A stretch of DNA of 64,000 nucleotides from assembly GCA_035344175.1 (NCBI GenBank), contig DAORAN010000012.1, positions 4,670-68,669 on the forward strand. The letters run 5' to 3'. This stretch comes from Woeseiaceae bacterium. GTDB lineage: Bacteria > Pseudomonadota > Gammaproteobacteria > Steroidobacterales > Woeseiaceae. The notes under the pieces were generated by a model, which was given only the letters and a program-made list of their open reading frames with translations, did not search any database and had not been told where the DNA came from. Shown here piece after piece: positions 28,927-38,531 of this stretch. Positions within the stretch are counted from its first letter, which is position 1, and each line of letters starts with the position of its first letter. Position numbers and translations under genes: made by a program.

Positions 28927-30795
28927 ATGAGTAGGCTCTGTCGTTTGTCGTTGCTTGTCGGCGTAGCCTCGTTCGTGCTGATTGGGCTGTGGTTGGCAAG
29001 TAGCAACGCGGCTACAAACCTTCGATACGTTATTCGCGACGGCTTGGACGGTATTCGTGGTGGTTATGTGATCAATCACGATAGCCGCATTAAAATGCGA
29101 GATGGAGTTCATCTTTCCGCCAATCTGTATTTGCCGCGCACTATTCATGACCCACTTGGCACGGTTCTCGTGAGGTTGCCGTACGACAAAAATGTATATT
29201 GGCGGGCTCGCGAAGCGGCGGACTTATTTGCCGCCAATGGTTATGCTGTATTAGTACAAGACATGCGCGGGCGCTTTGCGTCTGAGGGACGTTTTGCTCC
29301 GTACAACAAGACTGTTGAGGACGGGGAAGATACGCTCGCGTGGATCGTCGCCCAACCGTGGTCTAACGGTCGTGTCGGAACCTTTGGTTGCTCGGCCCTC
29401 GGCGAATCCCAGCACATGCTAGCAAAGGCCGAGGATCCAAGGCACGTTGCAATGATAACGATGGGCGCGGGCGGCAGCATCGGCTCTGCTGCGGGACGCT
29501 ACGATTATTTCGGTATCTACGAGGGCGGTGTGCTGAATCTCGCGTCGGCAGTGGGCTGGTTTACGGTCTCGGGCCAGAAGTCTCCCGGCCCGAAAGTGGG
29601 GCCTTCGCAACTGACGCCGGCTGCTTTGGACGGTCTCCCGATAGTCGGCCTGGTACGGCAACAACGTGATGATCTTACCGACTACGAGGACTTCGTATCC
29701 CGCCCACTCGGCGATCCCTGGTGGGATCGTCTTGGCTACCTCACTGACGATGACGGGTCGGCAATACCGACTCTGGCTATCAATACCTGGGAAGACCAGA
29801 CCCTGGCAGGCACATTCGCCATTGCGGAAATGTCAAAGCGATCGGCAAGGAAGCGCGGGATTGAACCGATTCATCCGGTAATCGTTGCACCGGGGAATCA
29901 CTGTGACTTGAATACCAAGAACATTGCCTACCGTATCGGGAACCTTGAAGTTTCCAACGACAGCCAACCTTATGATGGCCTCTCTTATGATGAGCTTTAT
30001 CTTGCATGGTTTGACTACTGGTTGAAACAGGCATCGACCACGCCACCAGAACTCCCCAATTTTCGATTCTTTGTGCTGGCAGAAAACCGCTGGATCGAGT
30101 CTGAGCAATGGCCGCCTCGCCGATCTGTTAATCAACAGTGGGTCCTGGGTAGCCAGTCAGGCGCGAACAGTATTAACGGAGACGGTACTCTGTCGCGGAC
30201 AGTCGGAGTTGGGACGGGAAGCGCAAATCGACAGTACGATGAATTTCGTTACGATCCGCTGAACCCCGTACCCAGCAAGGGCGGCCCGGTGTGCTGTACA
30301 GGGAACCCGAACGACGTACCCGGGCATGTGGATCAATCAGACGTTGAAAAGCGCGACGACGTCCTGATTTACACGTCAGAGCCTTTTCCGCAGGGCTACC
30401 GAATCGTCGGGCCCCTCCGTACGGAATTGTTGGTCTCGTCCAGTGCGGTCGATACTGACTTCACTGCAAAGCTGGTTGATGTGAGTCCGGATGGCTCAAC
30501 ATTGAATATCCAGGAAGGTGCGCTCCGCATGCGCTACCGTGGCAGTTTTCCGAACCCGGTATTGATGACGCCAGAAGTACGCTATCGCGCTTCCATTGAC
30601 ATGCGGTCTATTGCGTACTATCTGAAGCCCGGCCACCGCATGCGTCTACACATTTCCAGTAGTAATTTCCCCCGTTTGTCTCGAAACCTGAATACAGGTG
30701 GCATACCAGCCGAAGAGCACACTCCAATCGAGGCAACCAACAAAATCTGGTTGTCAGGGGAATCGTACGTTACCGTTTACAAGTACACGGAGTAA
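28927..30795 (+). CDS. CocE/NonD-family (S15 X-Pro dipeptidyl-peptidase-like) hydrolase, exported or membrane-anchored
   Basis: N-terminal hydrophobic signal/anchor. Blocks RDGVHLSANLYLP, YAVLVQDMRGRFASEG, nucleophile elbow GTFGCSALGE, and a C-terminal jelly-roll domain (SSSNFPR). Confidence 0.8.
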   Translation: MSRLCRLSLLVGVASFVLIGLWLASSNAATNLRYVIRDGLDGIRGGYVINHDSRIKMRDGVHLSANLYLPRTIHDPLGTVLVRLPYDKNVYWRAREAADLFAANGYAVLVQDMRGRFASEGRFAPYNKTVEDGEDTLAWIVAQPWSNGRVGTFGCSALGESQHMLAKAEDPRHVAMITMGAGGSIGSAAGRYDYFGIYEGGVLNLASAVGWFTVSGQKSPGPKVGPSQLTPAALDGLPIVGLVRQQRDDLTDYEDFVSRPLGDPWWDRLGYLTDDDGSAIPTLAINTWEDQTLAGTFAIAEMSKRSARKRGIEPIHPVIVAPGNHCDLNTKNIAYRIGNLEVSNDSQPYDGLSYDELYLAWFDYWLKQASTTPPELPNFRFFVLAENRWIESEQWPPRRSVNQQWVLGSQSGANSINGDGTLSRTVGVGTGSANRQYDEFRYDPLNPVPSKGGPVCCTGNPNDVPGHVDQSDVEKRDDVLIYTSEPFPQGYRIVGPLRTELLVSSSAVDTDFTAKLVDVSPDGSTLNIQEGALRMRYRGSFPNPVLMTPEVRYRASIDMRSIAYYLKPGHRMRLHISSSNFPRLSRNLNTGGIPAEEHTPIEATNKIWLSGESYVTVYKYTE

Positions 30796-30829
30796 GTTCG
30801 CAGCCAACAAGGTGGAGCTAATTAGCCCG

Positions 30830-31783
30830 ATGTCTAAACTTACCTGGAATTACACGGATAGTTATGAATTCATGCAGCATACAAGGTCCGGTTTTCCACC
30901 GGCAATTGTATGCGTCGCTTGCAACGGCGGCATTCAGGGCAGGGAGTCCCACCCCGCACTCCCTGAAACTGCGGAGCAAATTGCTGATTCAGTTTACTAT
31001 GCCTACCAAGCTGGCGCGTCAATGGTTCACGCACACGCCCGCAATCCGAAGGATCTGACACAAGGAGCGCGCGTCGCCGATCACTGGAAGTCGCTAGATG
31101 CCATGATTCGTGAGCGATGTCCCGATATCATCATCAATTACACGACCGGCGGTGACCTGGAAATGACAATGACCGAGCGGATATCAAGTTTGAGCGCGAA
31201 ACCGGAAATCGCATCGTTGAATCTCACACCTGACATGAGCCGCTTTCGTTTGAAACAACGCGATGCCCCATTGCCGAACCCGCGAGATGAACGTGAAATA
31301 GATTGTTGTATTCCGTTCACTTACGGAATCATTGAACAATTCGCCGCGGAAATGAAAAAGCGGGGGATAAAGCCGGAGCTTGAGATCTACCATCCGGGGG
31401 GCGCATGGGTAATTCGAAACTTAATTGAAAAAAAGTTAATCGCGCCTCCGTACCTGATTCAGACCGTTATGGGTGCCCAGACTGCCAGTTATCCAACGCC
31501 GGAAAACCTGCTGCAAATTGTGAAAGAGTTTCCGCCTGGCGCGATCTGGCTTTGCTCCGGAATCGGCCCGTTTCAACTACCAATGATTACGATGGGAGCG
31601 ATAATGGGTGGACATATTCGTGTCGGTCTGGAAGACAACCTCTACTTGCGGCGAGGCCAGCAATTCAAAGACAATGCCGATGCTGTCAGATGGGCCGTAC
31701 GCATTTGCACGGAATTGAATCGTGAAGTCGCTACGCCGAATCAGGCGCGCGCGATACTGGGGCTGCCGTCGAGCGTATGTTGA
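30830..31783 (+). CDS. BKACE-family (3-keto-5-aminohexanoate cleavage enzyme-like, DUF849) protein
   Basis: AAGGTGGAG SD before ATG 30830. Blocks LPETAEQIADSVYYAYQAGASMVHAHARN, IINYTTGG and GGHIRVGLEDNLYL are typical of the BKACE TIM barrel. Confidence 0.85.
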   Translation: MSKLTWNYTDSYEFMQHTRSGFPPAIVCVACNGGIQGRESHPALPETAEQIADSVYYAYQAGASMVHAHARNPKDLTQGARVADHWKSLDAMIRERCPDIIINYTTGGDLEMTMTERISSLSAKPEIASLNLTPDMSRFRLKQRDAPLPNPRDEREIDCCIPFTYGIIEQFAAEMKKRGIKPELEIYHPGGAWVIRNLIEKKLIAPPYLIQTVMGAQTASYPTPENLLQIVKEFPPGAIWLCSGIGPFQLPMITMGAIMGGHIRVGLEDNLYLRRGQQFKDNADAVRWAVRICTELNREVATPNQARAILGLPSSVC

Positions 31784-32268
31784 GGCTTGCGCCGAACGCT
31801 CGGACTTGAGGTCAAAGTCAGGGCGTCGAGTTCTTATAAAGTTTAGGCCGAGGCACGCCGAATTGCGATGTCGCGCATGAGTTCGGCGCGGCGGCGGGAC
31901 TTCCGCGCGTCACGAAGGCAGAAGGCCATGAAATTCGTACCTGCACCATTCCAAAAACAAACTGAACAAAGCCCGGGCGGGTGGAAATGAAGCCGTACAC
32001 AAATGTTTGATACCGCCGCGCCGGGTTTCTATGCTGACATAATGAACGACCTGAATTGGACTTGGCGCGACGGCGCCGTATCCGAGCTTATCCCCGAAAT
32101 ACAAGTAAATACCCACTCGGTACCCATCTGTTCCAATCAATTCGTTCGCGACTACGTCGGTAGATTTAGATAATATCCCGGTACCTGGAAAGCTCAGGCC
32201 TTGTGACTTCAGACGCGCGAGCCTATGAAATTCGTCCAAGGATCGATCAAACTACGGGGGCGAGGGAT

Positions 32269-33060
32269 ATGTTTACGCGTACGAATGAGCCGCAATCCAT
32301 AGGCGGCGTGCTGGACAGTGGTTTCAAGCTTTTCGCGGCATCCATCAAGCAGGTTGTTCCAATCACATACCTGGGCGCACTTGCGGGCGCAATTTTCGGG
32401 TGGGTTTTGCAGATTTCAATGTTCGGACAAATTGCGCAAAACGGCGTGCCGAGCATCAACGTGCCATTAATACTTGGCGCATACGTTGTCATGATGATTG
32501 TCGGTTCAGCACTGATGGCCGCCGCGATCATCCGGATTCAAGCCGTATCCACGAGCGAGGCGATGCCACTTGGCCATGCGTTGCTAGCTGGCCTGAAACG
32601 GGTCCCGGCGGTCTTTGGCACATCGCTGGTTTTCATGCTTGCCCTTATTGTCGGGCTTGTCTTGTTAATCATTCCAGGTATTTATCTGAGCGTAATGCTG
32701 GCTTTCGCGTTCTATGCAGCTGCTGCCGACACCAAGGGTCCGATCGAGAGCATCAAATATAGTTACGGACTCGTGAAAGGGAGCTGGTGGCGCACGGCGG
32801 GCTTACTGACAATCATGACGATTGTCGCTGCCGTATTCTACGTGGCGGTTGGATTCGTGGTCGGAATAATGGCCGCCTCATCAGAGACTGGCGAGGCATT
32901 GCAGCCCAATTTTCTGAGCGACGTAGTTATCATCCCGATAATAACGTCCGTAATATCAGCAATGATGTATTGCCTTGCGTACGAGGTTTACAACGACCTG
33001 AAACTACGCAATCAAGGTGTAGATCTGGCAGAACGAATCGAGAACCTGGGCAAGAAGTGA
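32269..33060 (+). CDS. polytopic membrane protein (YciC/DUF975-like topology), first gene of the MoxR module
   Basis: ~263 aa with 5-6 TM helices. GAGGGA SD before ATG 32269. Its stop overlaps the next gene's start (GTGA). Confidence 0.6.
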   Translation: MFTRTNEPQSIGGVLDSGFKLFAASIKQVVPITYLGALAGAIFGWVLQISMFGQIAQNGVPSINVPLILGAYVVMMIVGSALMAAAIIRIQAVSTSEAMPLGHALLAGLKRVPAVFGTSLVFMLALIVGLVLLIIPGIYLSVMLAFAFYAAAADTKGPIESIKYSYGLVKGSWWRTAGLLTIMTIVAAVFYVAVGFVVGIMAASSETGEALQPNFLSDVVIIPIITSVISAMMYCLAYEVYNDLKLRNQGVDLAERIENLGKK

Positions 33061-33998
33061 CCGCACAACGATTTGCGGTGCGACTGGCAGGTGTATTACT
33101 CCTTGGTCTGTATTCCACCGGTTCGGTTGCGGATCTCGCTTCTGCAATTGCGAAGTGCAATGCCACAGTCGTCAGTGGGGACGACCCAGGTGAAATCCTG
33201 ATTCGCGACAGCTGTCCCGACCTGATAGAGGACATTGAGTCGAGCCAATGGCGAGAGACACTGCCACTCGGATGGCAGGAGGTGCTTTCCATTGCGCAGC
33301 TCTCCCAACTCGGGTACTTCGAGTCGTACTACGGCCAACGGCCTTCTGCGGAGGCATTGTCCCTGCTGGCTTTGGACGAAATAGTGCTCGGTCTTGGCGA
33401 TGCCACCGAGGTTATCGACAACAAATTGTTCTGGGAAATGTTCGTGGATTGGTTTAATGACCTGCTGTCGGGTAAGCCGGGCCAAACCGCGGGCAGGTTT
33501 TCCGAATGGCTATCGAATATTGAAATATCGAGTCTGGCGGTCGAGATTGCATTTTGGTCGCTGAGCGCGCTGGTGGTCGCCGCGGCCGTTGTGGTCGTCG
33601 TGATGGAGATCAGGGCGGCCCGGGGCTCGTTGCCGGCCCGTGTACTGAAAATCGGGCGGAGTGCGGGGAGGGCAGGACCGGGCGTCGACGATCAGGCATT
33701 GACAGTTGCAGATATAGGCAACGCCGCTCTTGATGACAGGCCATCACTTCTCTTGCGGTTGATCTTGCAACGCCTGGAGTCACTGGGAAAAATACCGTAC
33801 GAACCGGCGCGCACCCACCGCGAGGCAAGTTGTGCCGCGAGCGTGTTGGGAAGTGATAGCCTGCATGTCGTATCGCGTGTTTCAGAATTCGCGGAACGAA
33901 GCCGCTTCAGTCGCGGGAAGAATCAACCACATGAGATTGAAGCGCTGGTGTCCGCCGGTATCATACTGGTCGGCAATTTGACATCGGGTCAGGCCTGA
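33057..33998 (+). CDS. DUF4129-like membrane-anchored protein
   Basis: Signal/anchor (LAGVLLLGLYSTGSVA), central TM (ALVVAAAVVVVVMEI), and a C-terminal segment with YEPARTHREAS resembling the DUF4129 motif. GTG 33057 overlaps the upstream stop. Confidence 0.55.
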   Translation: MTAQRFAVRLAGVLLLGLYSTGSVADLASAIAKCNATVVSGDDPGEILIRDSCPDLIEDIESSQWRETLPLGWQEVLSIAQLSQLGYFESYYGQRPSAEALSLLALDEIVLGLGDATEVIDNKLFWEMFVDWFNDLLSGKPGQTAGRFSEWLSNIEISSLAVEIAFWSLSALVVAAAVVVVVMEIRAARGSLPARVLKIGRSAGRAGPGVDDQALTVADIGNAALDDRPSLLLRLILQRLESLGKIPYEPARTHREASCAASVLGSDSLHVVSRVSEFAERSRFSRGKNQPHEIEALVSAGIILVGNLTSGQA

Positions 33999-34001
33999 GC
34001 C

Positions 34002-35294
34002 ATGCGCGATCGACTGGTGACCTTCGTCGGCGCGCTGCTTGCCCTTTTTGTCGTTTACGGCCTTTTCTCTGGCACAACGGCTCCGCAACAAACGGTAACG
34101 AGACCTACAAGCATCGAACAGGGCGACAACGGCTATTTCGCGGTTCAGCAATGGCTTGTCGGCGCAGGTGTTAGTACCTATAGCCTGCGTGGACGTTTTT
34201 CGAACCTGGCCAACAATGCGGAGATTCCGAGCGAGACAGGCAATATTCTGGTGACGACGCTACCGTATTCGCGACCGATGCGGGAGATCGAATCCGAATC
34301 CTTACTGGACTGGATTGCAGCCGGCAATACGGTATTGGTCCTTGCGGCAATCAACGAGACGCCGGACTGGTCGCTTACCGCGACCCCCGCTTTTTTTGAC
34401 GATCTACAGACGATCACCGGTATTCGTTTTGTTGCGCTACCGGTTGAGTCAGGTGATCCCGATCCGGCTTCCGACGGCGCAGGGGAGTCGATTCGCACTA
34501 CACTCTCGCAATTCGAGGATACGGGAACGGGGCAGGAGTACGAGATCGTACCGCGTACCGGACATCCCTTGATGAGGAATATCCGGAGCATGCAGGCACG
34601 ATCGGATTTCCGGAGCTCGGTCTGGGGCACCGACGTGGATCATTACGAGCTCATACTTGAATTGGCAACGATGCCCGAGACCGGCACGGCTGTTGTTTGG
34701 CAAGGGCAATTCGAGAACGGGCAAGTAATTACTGTTGGCAGCGGAACACTCCTGACAAATAGTATGATAGCCAGTGCTGACAACAGAATATTCGTTGCCA
34801 ATCTCATCCAGCAAAATCTTGGCGACGGCGCGACCGTTATTTTTGATGACCTGCATCAGGGTCTGTCAAATATCTACGATCCGGAAGCGTTTTTTTCAGA
34901 CAGGCGCCTGCACTATACGATTTATTTCATCGTCGGACTGTGGCTGCTGTACGTCGTGGGATCGAGTAACCGCCTTTTGGACCCCCAGGATATGTCGATG
35001 CAAGTGCGACAGACTGACTTCGTCGAGGCGACAGCAGGGTTTATCAAGCGCCGCATGAGCGACGCCGCTGTCGGTATGTGGATGTATCAATTGTGGTTCA
35101 ACGATCTGCGACGGCAAATGCATCTGGCAATCAACGGCGAGCCGGTCTGGCAGGAGCTGGGCACGCTGAAGACACTCGATAAGAGGCTCCTTGCCAAACT
35201 GGAACGGCAGTACCGGCATTTGACCGAGGAGAAGAAGATCTCATTGATCGAATTGCACAACACAATCCACGCAGCGAGAAAGGCAATAGGATGA
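34002..35294 (+). CDS. DUF4350-like membrane-anchored protein
   Basis: N-terminal TM, then GYFAVQQWLVGAGVSTYSLRGR...NILVTTLPYSRP...LLDWIAAGNTVLVLA, as in DUF4350. Second TM near residue 300. Confidence 0.6.
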   Translation: MRDRLVTFVGALLALFVVYGLFSGTTAPQQTVTRPTSIEQGDNGYFAVQQWLVGAGVSTYSLRGRFSNLANNAEIPSETGNILVTTLPYSRPMREIESESLLDWIAAGNTVLVLAAINETPDWSLTATPAFFDDLQTITGIRFVALPVESGDPDPASDGAGESIRTTLSQFEDTGTGQEYEIVPRTGHPLMRNIRSMQARSDFRSSVWGTDVDHYELILELATMPETGTAVVWQGQFENGQVITVGSGTLLTNSMIASADNRIFVANLIQQNLGDGATVIFDDLHQGLSNIYDPEAFFSDRRLHYTIYFIVGLWLLYVVGSSNRLLDPQDMSMQVRQTDFVEATAGFIKRRMSDAAVGMWMYQLWFNDLRRQMHLAINGEPVWQELGTLKTLDKRLLAKLERQYRHLTEEKKISLIELHNTIHAARKAIG

Positions 35295-36235
35295 CGAATA
35301 AAGCACAGGACTTCGAGCAGCAGTTGCATCATGAGATAGGGCAGGTCGTGTTTGGTGTGGAGCATGTGGTACATGCACTTGCCGTAGCCTTGATTGCACG
35401 CGGTCATGTTCTTCTTGAAGGTGCGCCGGGCCTTGGTAAGACTCTTATTGGGAAAACCCTGACTGCGGCGATTGGCGGGGACTTCAAACGTATCCAGGGA
35501 ACTGCCGACCTGATGCCAACAGACATCATTGGCGTTCATGTGTTCGATTCCCAGAAGGGCGAATTCTCGTTTCATGCGGGTCCGATTTTCGCCGATGTGG
35601 TTCTCATGGACGAAATCAATCGAACCGGGCCGAAAACCCAGTCTGCATTGCTCGAGGCGATGGAAGAACGCCAGGTCACCATTGACCGTGAAAGTTTCAA
35701 GCTTGCCAGCGACTTTCTTGTCGTCGCTACGCAGAACCCGCGTGAATTCGAAGGCACGTACCCCCTGCCGGAATCCCAGCTCGACAGGTTTCTCATCAGT
35801 ATCCGAATGGAATACCCGGATCGCGAATCGGAGATGCGGGTCATCAGGCGATACGATCTGCCGGGTGTCGAGTTCGGCCCATCGATCAGTAACGCGATTG
35901 ACAAACAGGCGCTGATCGATGCCCGATCTGAGATTGGAGCGGTACACCTCTCGGATGAGCTAATTGCTTACTGTCTCGATATCGCAGCCGCAACCCGGCA
36001 AAGTGAATTAATTAACCTCGGCCTTTCGACACGAGGTGCGCTCGCACTTGTTCGGTGCGCAAGAATCGAGGCTGCGTTGAGAGGCGGAGAGTACGTTGTT
36101 CCTGATGATGTAAAAAAATCTGCCGCGTGGGTTTTGCCGCATCGCCTGGTTCTGACTCCGGAAGCCGAGCTTGACGGCATTCACGCCGCCGATGAAGTAA
36201 AGCGAATTATTGCAGCTGTGTCGGTAACGCTCTAG
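35291..36235 (+). CDS. MoxR-family AAA+ ATPase
   Basis: Walker A LLEGAPGLGKT, Walker B VVLMDEINRTGPKTQSALLEAMEERQVT, ATQNPREFEGTYPLPESQLDRF. ATGA overlap with the upstream gene. Confidence 0.9.
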   Translation: MTNKAQDFEQQLHHEIGQVVFGVEHVVHALAVALIARGHVLLEGAPGLGKTLIGKTLTAAIGGDFKRIQGTADLMPTDIIGVHVFDSQKGEFSFHAGPIFADVVLMDEINRTGPKTQSALLEAMEERQVTIDRESFKLASDFLVVATQNPREFEGTYPLPESQLDRFLISIRMEYPDRESEMRVIRRYDLPGVEFGPSISNAIDKQALIDARSEIGAVHLSDELIAYCLDIAAATRQSELINLGLSTRGALALVRCARIEAALRGGEYVVPDDVKKSAAWVLPHRLVLTPEAELDGIHAADEVKRIIAAVSVTL

Positions 36236-36240
36236 TAACC

Positions 36241-37539
36241 ATGAGCCTGCAGCCCAGGTCAGTATTTTTCGCAGCAATAGCAGTTCTGCTGGGAATAATC
36301 GGTGTGTGGAACGAATCGCTCATCTCGATTCCGGTCTGGAGGATTGCCGTCGCTTTGCTGGCCTTGGGATTGATCTACGAATGGGTTGTGGTCAGTCGCA
36401 ACCAGCCCGCGGTCAGATTGATTGATGGGCTCCAGCTGAAGCTTGGCGTCGACTCACAACTGGATCTCGCGTTCCTCAATACCGGGTCGAGGCGTATCAA
36501 AATCGACTATGCCGCCGCATTGCCCGCGGGACTGACCGGCTCGCGAGAGATCGGCGAAGTCACGGCTTCGCCGGTCGCTGAGGTTATCGATAAAGTGCCG
36601 GTTCGCGGCGTCGAATTGGGTACCAGGAACTGGCGGCATATACCCGCTCGCGTGCTGGGGCCTCTGGGCCTTGCACGATGGTCTCGAAATTTGCCGCTGG
36701 ACGCCCGGATCAATGTATACCCGGATACGCTGGGTGAAAGTCGGCGCAAATCGTCATCGAGCCCTCAAGGTGCGGAGGCGAGGGCTCTGATTGGTGGCGG
36801 TATGGAGCTGCACCACTTGCGACAATACCGTCGTGGGGATGCCCGCAACGCAATAGACTGGAAGGCGACCGCACGCAGCGGTGAACTCGTCACGAGAGTG
36901 TTCGGTGAAGATCAGCACCTTGAGATTCTGATTGCGGTCGACGCCGGGCGCATGAGCCGTATTCAATTCGACGGCATGAGCCAGCTGTCCCACTACGTTA
37001 ATCTCGCCGCGCGATTTGCCGAGTACGCTGTCATTGCGGAGGACAGGGCAGGGCTGGTCGTCTTTGCAGACCGCATATTACGTACAGTGTCGCCGCGTCG
37101 CGGGCTCGACGGAGTGCAGCAGGTTCGCAAGGCTCTTCATGACTTGACGCCGCGCGCGGTCGAGTCAAACCTCGTACAGGCTGCACTGCGAATTCGTAGC
37201 CTGGCAAGACACCGGAGCCTGGTGATACTGCTGACCGATCTTTACGACCGGGACGCGCACAGCCAGCTCGCGCGATGCACACAACTATTATTGCCCAAGC
37301 ATCTGCCCGTCATAGTCGGCATTCAGAGCGACGAAGTCGCCGCTTTGGCGGAACGCACTGCAAGTTCGTGGTTCGATCCATACAAGAGCCTGGCAGCGCG
37401 GGAATACAACATGAGCGTGAATCTGAACGTGGCGCGACTTCGCCGAATGGGCGCCTATACGGTAATCGCGCGACCACGCGAGCTGGATGACCGTGTCATT
37501 TCGCTCTACGAGAAACTTCGGTCAAAGCGCCTGATTTAG
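36241..37539 (+). CDS. DUF58 domain protein (MoxR partner)
   Basis: Two N-terminal TM helices and the hallmark LRQYRRGDARNAIDWKATARSGELVTRVF. Confidence 0.8.
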   Translation: MSLQPRSVFFAAIAVLLGIIGVWNESLISIPVWRIAVALLALGLIYEWVVVSRNQPAVRLIDGLQLKLGVDSQLDLAFLNTGSRRIKIDYAAALPAGLTGSREIGEVTASPVAEVIDKVPVRGVELGTRNWRHIPARVLGPLGLARWSRNLPLDARINVYPDTLGESRRKSSSSPQGAEARALIGGGMELHHLRQYRRGDARNAIDWKATARSGELVTRVFGEDQHLEILIAVDAGRMSRIQFDGMSQLSHYVNLAARFAEYAVIAEDRAGLVVFADRILRTVSPRRGLDGVQQVRKALHDLTPRAVESNLVQAALRIRSLARHRSLVILLTDLYDRDAHSQLARCTQLLLPKHLPVIVGIQSDEVAALAERTASSWFDPYKSLAAREYNMSVNLNVARLRRMGAYTVIARPRELDDRVISLYEKLRSKRLI

Positions 37540-38525
37540 ACCTGCTGATTTCTGGACAGCAGGTAGCGTGGCACACCGCTCAACGTCGCAACGAAAATCG
37601 TCATGTACAAAATACCGACGGACAGCTTGAACGAGAGGGAATAGCCAGGGTCTGGTGAGATGAAGCCTTCGATAAGACCCGCACCGATAAGGAACAGGGC
37701 ACATACGAAGATCAGCTTTGCGCTTCTGATACTTGCCCGGTGGAATGATTGGGCGCGAGTTCGGTTGCCGGGCCGCGCGATGGACATTCCGAGTGACACG
37801 CCAATGGCACCGGCGATACAGATTACGCTGAGTTCGACGATACCGTGCGCGATTACGAACTCGAACAGACGGCCGGCAAGATTGTGCTGCGCTGTCATTG
37901 CAAAAATGCCACCGATCATCAGGCCATTCATTGCAATGATGTATATCGTGCCGAGCCCGTAAAAAACACCGAGGCACATCGCGAACAGCGTGACGGCCAC
38001 ATTGTTGGTAAAGATTGACAAGGCCAGCATCGATGACGGGAGCACATTCAGGATATCATCGGTCCAGAGTTCGCCGCGACTTACGCCATTGATCATTTCT
38101 TCCGACGCGAAAAGTGAGACGAGTTCCGGATAGGTGTTGATTAGCCACCATCCAGCGAGGCCACTTATTATGAACAATGTGCTTACTGAGAGAATTTGCT
38201 GGCCGAGTGATCTGGCTATCGCCGGCGCATCAACGAGTACAAGGTCCTTGATTTCCTGCCACAGAGAACCGGGTTTACGATACAGCGCTCGATAATAGCG
38301 AGCATATAATTGTTCAAGATAGCGAGTCAGCTTGCTGCCCGGGGCAATGTCTCTGGCCACAGACAGGTCACGTGCGATCTCGCGATAGGAATGGACGGTG
38401 TTCATGACGTCGTCCGCTTGTGCGGACTTTGATTTTTCTATGCCCGTAAGCTGGTTGGCCGCGTCCCGCCATCGTGGCAGTTGCTCTTGTAGCCATTTAT
38501 CCATTGCCCCCTGCGTATTCGACAT
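37536..38525 (-). CDS. SpoIIM/DUF95-like integral membrane protein
   Basis: Soluble N-terminal ~90 aa, then FTNNVAVTLFAMCLGVFYGLGTIYIIAMNGLMIGG...IAHGIVELSVICIAGAIG, typical of the stage II sporulation protein M family. Confidence 0.65.
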   Translation of the reverse strand: MSNTQGAMDKWLQEQLPRWRDAANQLTGIEKSKSAQADDVMNTVHSYREIARDLSVARDIAPGSKLTRYLEQLYARYYRALYRKPGSLWQEIKDLVLVDAPAIARSLGQQILSVSTLFIISGLAGWWLINTYPELVSLFASEEMINGVSRGELWTDDILNVLPSSMLALSIFTNNVAVTLFAMCLGVFYGLGTIYIIAMNGLMIGGIFAMTAQHNLAGRLFEFVIAHGIVELSVICIAGAIGVSLGMSIARPGNRTRAQSFHRASIRSAKLIFVCALFLIGAGLIEGFISPDPGYSLSFKLSVGILYMTIFVATLSGVPRYLLSRNQQV

Positions 38526-38531
38526 CGCTTT

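Noticed and set aside
31910-32239. 109-aa minus-strand ORF, considered as a possible GIY-YIG nuclease or mobile-element gene because of a GIYLYF...GYG string.
   Set aside because: The spacing and residues do not fit the GIY-(9-11)-YIG motif, and no other nuclease, integrase or transposase motif is present. It is reported only as a possible decayed gene at the island boundary.
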